Positions 57,218 through 61,274 of a DNA stretch of 61,274 bases are shown here, piece after piece. The translations under genes and the position numbers were made by a program. The stretch comes from Veleropilina oligotropha. Taxonomy: Eukaryota. The notes below the pieces were generated by a model. The model had not been told where the DNA came from and did not search any database. It worked only from the letters and a program-made list of their open reading frames with translations. Position 1 is the stretch's first letter. Each line of letters opens with the position of its first letter. The stretch covers positions 1,550,001 to 1,611,274 of the forward strand of contig JBEUKZ010000054.1 of assembly GCA_048128005.1 (NCBI GenBank). Reading direction: 5' to 3'.

Positions 57218-58786
57218 CCTATAACATACGAGACCGGGTTGACGTGCCTTCCCAACCCTTATAACATACAAGACCGGGTTGACGTGCCTTCCCAACCCTT
57301 ATAACATACGAGACCGGGTTGACGTGCCTTCCCAACCCTTATAACATACGAGACCGGGTTGACGTGCCTTCCAACCCTTATAGCATACGAGACCGGGTTG
57401 ACGTGTCTTCCCAACCCTTATAACATACGAGACCGGGTTGACGTGTCTTCCCAACCCTTATAACATACTAGACCGGGTTGACGTGTCTTCCCAACCCTTA
57501 TAACATACGAGACCGGGTTGACGTGTCTTCCCAACCCTTATAACATACAAGACCGGGTTGACGTGCCTTCCCAACCCTTATAACATACGAGACCGGGTTG
57601 ACGTGCCTTCCCAACCCTTATAACATACGAGACCGGGTTGACGTGCCTTCCAACCCTTATAGCATACGAGACCGGGTTGACGTGTCTTCCCAACCCTTAT
57701 AACATACGAGACCGGGTTGACGTGTCTTCCCAACCCTTATAACATACAAGACCGGGTTGACGTGCCTTCCCAACCCTTATAGCATACGAGACCGGGTTGA
57801 CGTGTCTTCCCAACCCTTATAACATACGAGACCGGGTTGACGTGTCTTCCCAACCCTTATAACATACAAGACCGGGTTGACGTGCCTTCCCAACCCTTAT
57901 AACATACGAGACCGGGTTGACGTGCCTTCCCAACCCTTATAACATACGAGACCGGGTTGACGTGCCTTCCAACCCTTATAGCATACGAGACCGGGTTGAC
58001 GTGTCTTCCCAACCCTTATAACATACTATAGACCGGGTTGACGTGTCTTCCCAACCCTTATAGCATACGAGACCGGGTTGACGTGCCTTCCCAACCCTTA
58101 TAGCATACGAGACCGGGTTGACGTGTCTTCCCAACCCTTATAACATACTATAGACCGGGTTGACGTGCCTTCCCAACCCTTATAACATACGAGACCGGAT
58201 TGACGTGCCTTCCCAACCCTTATAGCATACGAGACCGGGTTGACGTGCCTTCCCAACCCTTATAGCATACGAGACCGTGTTGACGTGCCTTCCCAACCCT
58301 TATAGCATACGAGACCGGGTTGACGTGTCTTCCCAACCCTTATAACATACTATAGACCGGGTTGACGTGCCTTCCCAACCCTTATAACATACTATAGACC
58401 GGGTTGACGTGCCTTCCCAACCCTTATAGCATACGAGACCGGGTTGACGTGCCTTCCCAACCCTTATAACATACAAGACCGGGTTGACGTGCCTTCCCAA
58501 CCCTTATAGCATACGAGACCGGGTTGACGTGTCTTCCCAACCCTTATAACATACGAGACCGGGTTGACGTGCCTTCCCAACCCTTATAACATACAAGACC
58601 GGGTTGACGTGCCTTCCCAACCCTTATAGCATACGAGACCGGGTTGACGTGTCTTCCCAACCCTTATAACATACGAGACCGGGTTGACGTGCCTTCCCAA
58701 CCCTTATAACATACTATAGACCGGGTTGACGTGCCTTCCCAACCCTTATAACATACGAGACCGGGTTGACGTGCCTTCCCAACCCT
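57218..58786. repeat. 40-bp minisatellite (CCTTATAACATACGAGACCGGGTTGACGTGCCTTCCCAAC)n
   Basis: Period 40 (57231, 57271...). Confidence 0.97.
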
Positions 58787-59334
58787 CGCGGAGTAGGAAG
58801 TAGCAGGCTCGAACGTTGTTGAAGTAGTAGAATTTGGAAATGGCTATGCAGACGGGTAAGCTTATATTAGCACAAGAGTTTTAACATGAGAATTGTGAAT
58901 TTCTTCTTGTGACTATAAGAGATTGAAATGCTGCAACAGAATGTCTAAAAAGTGATGGAGCCACACCTCCAATTGTCTCCATTGATATTGTGGATTATGC
59001 ATAATAATCGATCACAACATTTCTATTTTCTTGGTGACAACGTAATTATGGGAATACATGGGAATCTTATTTTCAAAACAGCGAAGACCATTTATTTTCA
59101 ATAATGTTGCGTGTTTCGCTTGTGCTCAGTATTTATCGTCTATCTTCGTCACTATAGATGGTCGTAGAACAGAAATCTCTAACATGTACACACGTTATCA
59201 CCAAGCAGGATGCCTTAAACTCTCCAAGCGTCTAGACATACTATTCTATAACATACGAGTGTCAACAGAGCTTTGTAAATGTGAAGGTGTCGAAGGGTCA
59301 TGCAACTGAGGAAAAGGAGAGGATCGATACTACA

Positions 59335-59581
59335 TATCCTGTATATTTCCAACCTTCATTTGGTTCAAGGCAGGACATGTCCATATTATCGCGGGAGGAA
59401 AGCGCGGTCGCCCGGGTAAACCCGCCCTCTTCGATCAGTCACGGACAACTGTGATTCATAACTTGAAAAAATTTGTGATGCCTCAAGCCGGGGGTCGAAC
59501 CCACTACTGTTCGCGTCCGCGGAATCAAGTCAGTGATTTTCCGAATCCACAACCGTACCACTGTACTGTCGAAGCAGCCCG
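59335..59581 (-). mobile_element. tRNA-derived SINE, unamplified copy of the 40968/50264 family
   Basis: Same 3' (tcctgtatatttccaacc) and head (ctgtcgaagcagccc) segments; B-box. Confidence 0.75.
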
Positions 59582-60239
59582 TGCGACTGAGGAGACGGAG
59601 AGTGGCGATGATGATGACTGTTAATGTAGCAGTTATCGAACCTGTCGTTTTCTGTTATGATTAACTGTTAAATATTCACAATATAGTAAACCATACGTAT
59701 ATACGGTAATCTAATTAGTGATAAGCCGAACAGCTTGTAGCATACAGTATTGTTAATACATGGGTCAGACCTAACGATATCTTTGTTTTTTTTATATGAT
59801 GGCCGCCATCTTGGATTTAGTCCATGGACATCAGCTAAAACACTGAAGACACTTTGTTTCTTAGACAAACTAACAAATCTGTGTAGATATTGTACTATTG
59901 TAATATTATTCTAAAACAAATTACTATCATTACACATGTATGTGAATAAATGATTCAGAAATAACGATATCCTGATTTGTTTTATTATTGATGGCCGCCA
60001 TCTTGTATTTTGGCACTATAACATATATGCATAAAAACATTGTAGACAGTGTGTTTTTCCTGGGACTACTATAGAGGGACTGGAAGCTCTGGCCAATTAG
60101 CCGACTCGCCATCAATAATGTGGTACTCGCTATTGTTCTCGTGTTTACCGCACTGCGCATGTGCGTAGTGGGCTTTGGCTTTGTGACTAGACTATTTTCG
60201 AATCGAAATGGCGTCGATGAGAAAGCTTTCGAATGGAAA

Positions 60240-60625
60240 ATAGTACATTTTGCAACCTCTTCTCCTCGTCAACTGCTACATTTTACTTTTGAATATCTTG
60301 CCCATCATTTTATTTATATCCTATTGCTTCGACTCTTCTATTGTGAAGTGAAATTTGACGAAGATTTATATCGTATAATTGCATTTAAAAATGACGATAT
60401 TTCATGAATATGTTCAGTGTTAATATTTTCACAGTGCAAAGTACTCGATTTTGCAACTTCTTCTCCTCGCCAGCTGTTACATTATACTTTTTGATATTTG
60501 CACCATCTTTTTATTTGCATTCAATTGCTTGAACTCATCTATTGCGTAGTGAAGTATAACGAAGATTTATAGCATATATTTGCATTTTAAAACGACCAAT
60601 TTTCTTAAATATGTCAAGCGTTGAT
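60240..60625. repeat. Diverged ~200-bp tandem duplication, likely a TE fragment
   Basis: ttttgcaac.tcttctcctcg.ca.ctg.tacatt at ~60248 and ~60449 with continuing similarity. Confidence 0.7.
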
Positions 60626-61274
60626 ATTCATTTTGTGATGGACTATCTTCTTTATTTGTTGCATTTTATTATGGAATATTTTCACCTTTTTTTCTAATTT
60701 ACACTCGATTACATCGACTCGGCTATTGTACAGGGAAATAAAACTACTAGTATATGGAACAACACCCGCCGATCAAAATGATAATACAAATATATTTCAG
60801 AATATGCAAACATTTATTATTGCAACAAATAGATTTACATGATGTCCAATAACAATCCTCCAATTATGTGATCACCTGCCCCTCCTCCCTATGGCGCTAT
60901 TGTATGATGGTTGTTGCACAACCCCATCTCATCATGTATGCACGATTACTATATGTGATAATTATTTACTTGCACAATATTCCTCCTCTTATAACTGAAA
61001 TACTTATTATGTATGTTGCCATCCTGTTGAACCCTTGAAGTTGTATGCATATATATAAGGAACGGGTACAATGATCATGTTTTATAACTGTTTAGCCAAT
61101 CCTTTTGCTTTCTTTGGCAAATAAATATGTTTAAACTAACTAAATAAAACGAAGATTTAATTCAATTATTTACGTCTTAGAATAGCTTATCAAAGGTGTC
61201 TAACTGGTAACATGGTCCGTTTCAATAATACTTCATTATAGTGCCAACTTTAAGTTGTCCCCATTGTTATTGAG

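Noticed and set aside
59790..60215. Possible host promoter (YY1-like ATGGCCGCCAT/AAATGGCG, NRF1-like TGCGCATGTGCG)
   Set aside because: The same motifs occur in nearby TE-derived repeats, and no downstream exon could be identified in the window

Overview
Animal (probably lophotrochozoan/mollusc-like) genomic DNA that is AT-rich and crowded with minisatellites, SINEs and MITEs. A + strand host gene encoding an LRRC74-like leucine-rich-repeat protein with a C-terminal EF-hand pair runs from before base 52 to 41919; nine exons splice in frame. Its 23.6-kb intron (16273-39920) holds a 6.8-kb 16-bp satellite followed directly by an apparently intact ~15.9-kb endogenous DNA virus of the Polinton/Maverick/adintovirus (MELD) type (~23345-39256). 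The element has 152-bp TIRs, a target duplication, a double-jelly-roll major capsid protein, a penton, an A32/FtsK packaging ATPase and an RVE integrase. It is atypical in four ways. (1) The replicase is one ~1280-aa fusion of a vOTU-like Cys/His domain, a divergent PolB with no visible exonuclease, an SF1 (RecD/Pif1-like) helicase and an HNH-like nuclease. (2) No adenain protease gene is visible. (3) It encodes many membrane proteins, one with tandem PSAP/LYPxL ESCRT late-domain motifs, plus a secreted Cys-rich protein. (4) The left end has an outward-facing stress-type promoter and ATG mini-exon whose splice phase matches acceptors in front of the replication genes at the opposite end. The rest of the window is repeats: Tc1/mariner relic, nested PIF/Harbinger-type MITEs, HINE, tRNA-SINEs and many tandem arrays. 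All family assignments come from motif recognition by eye; no database searches were run.
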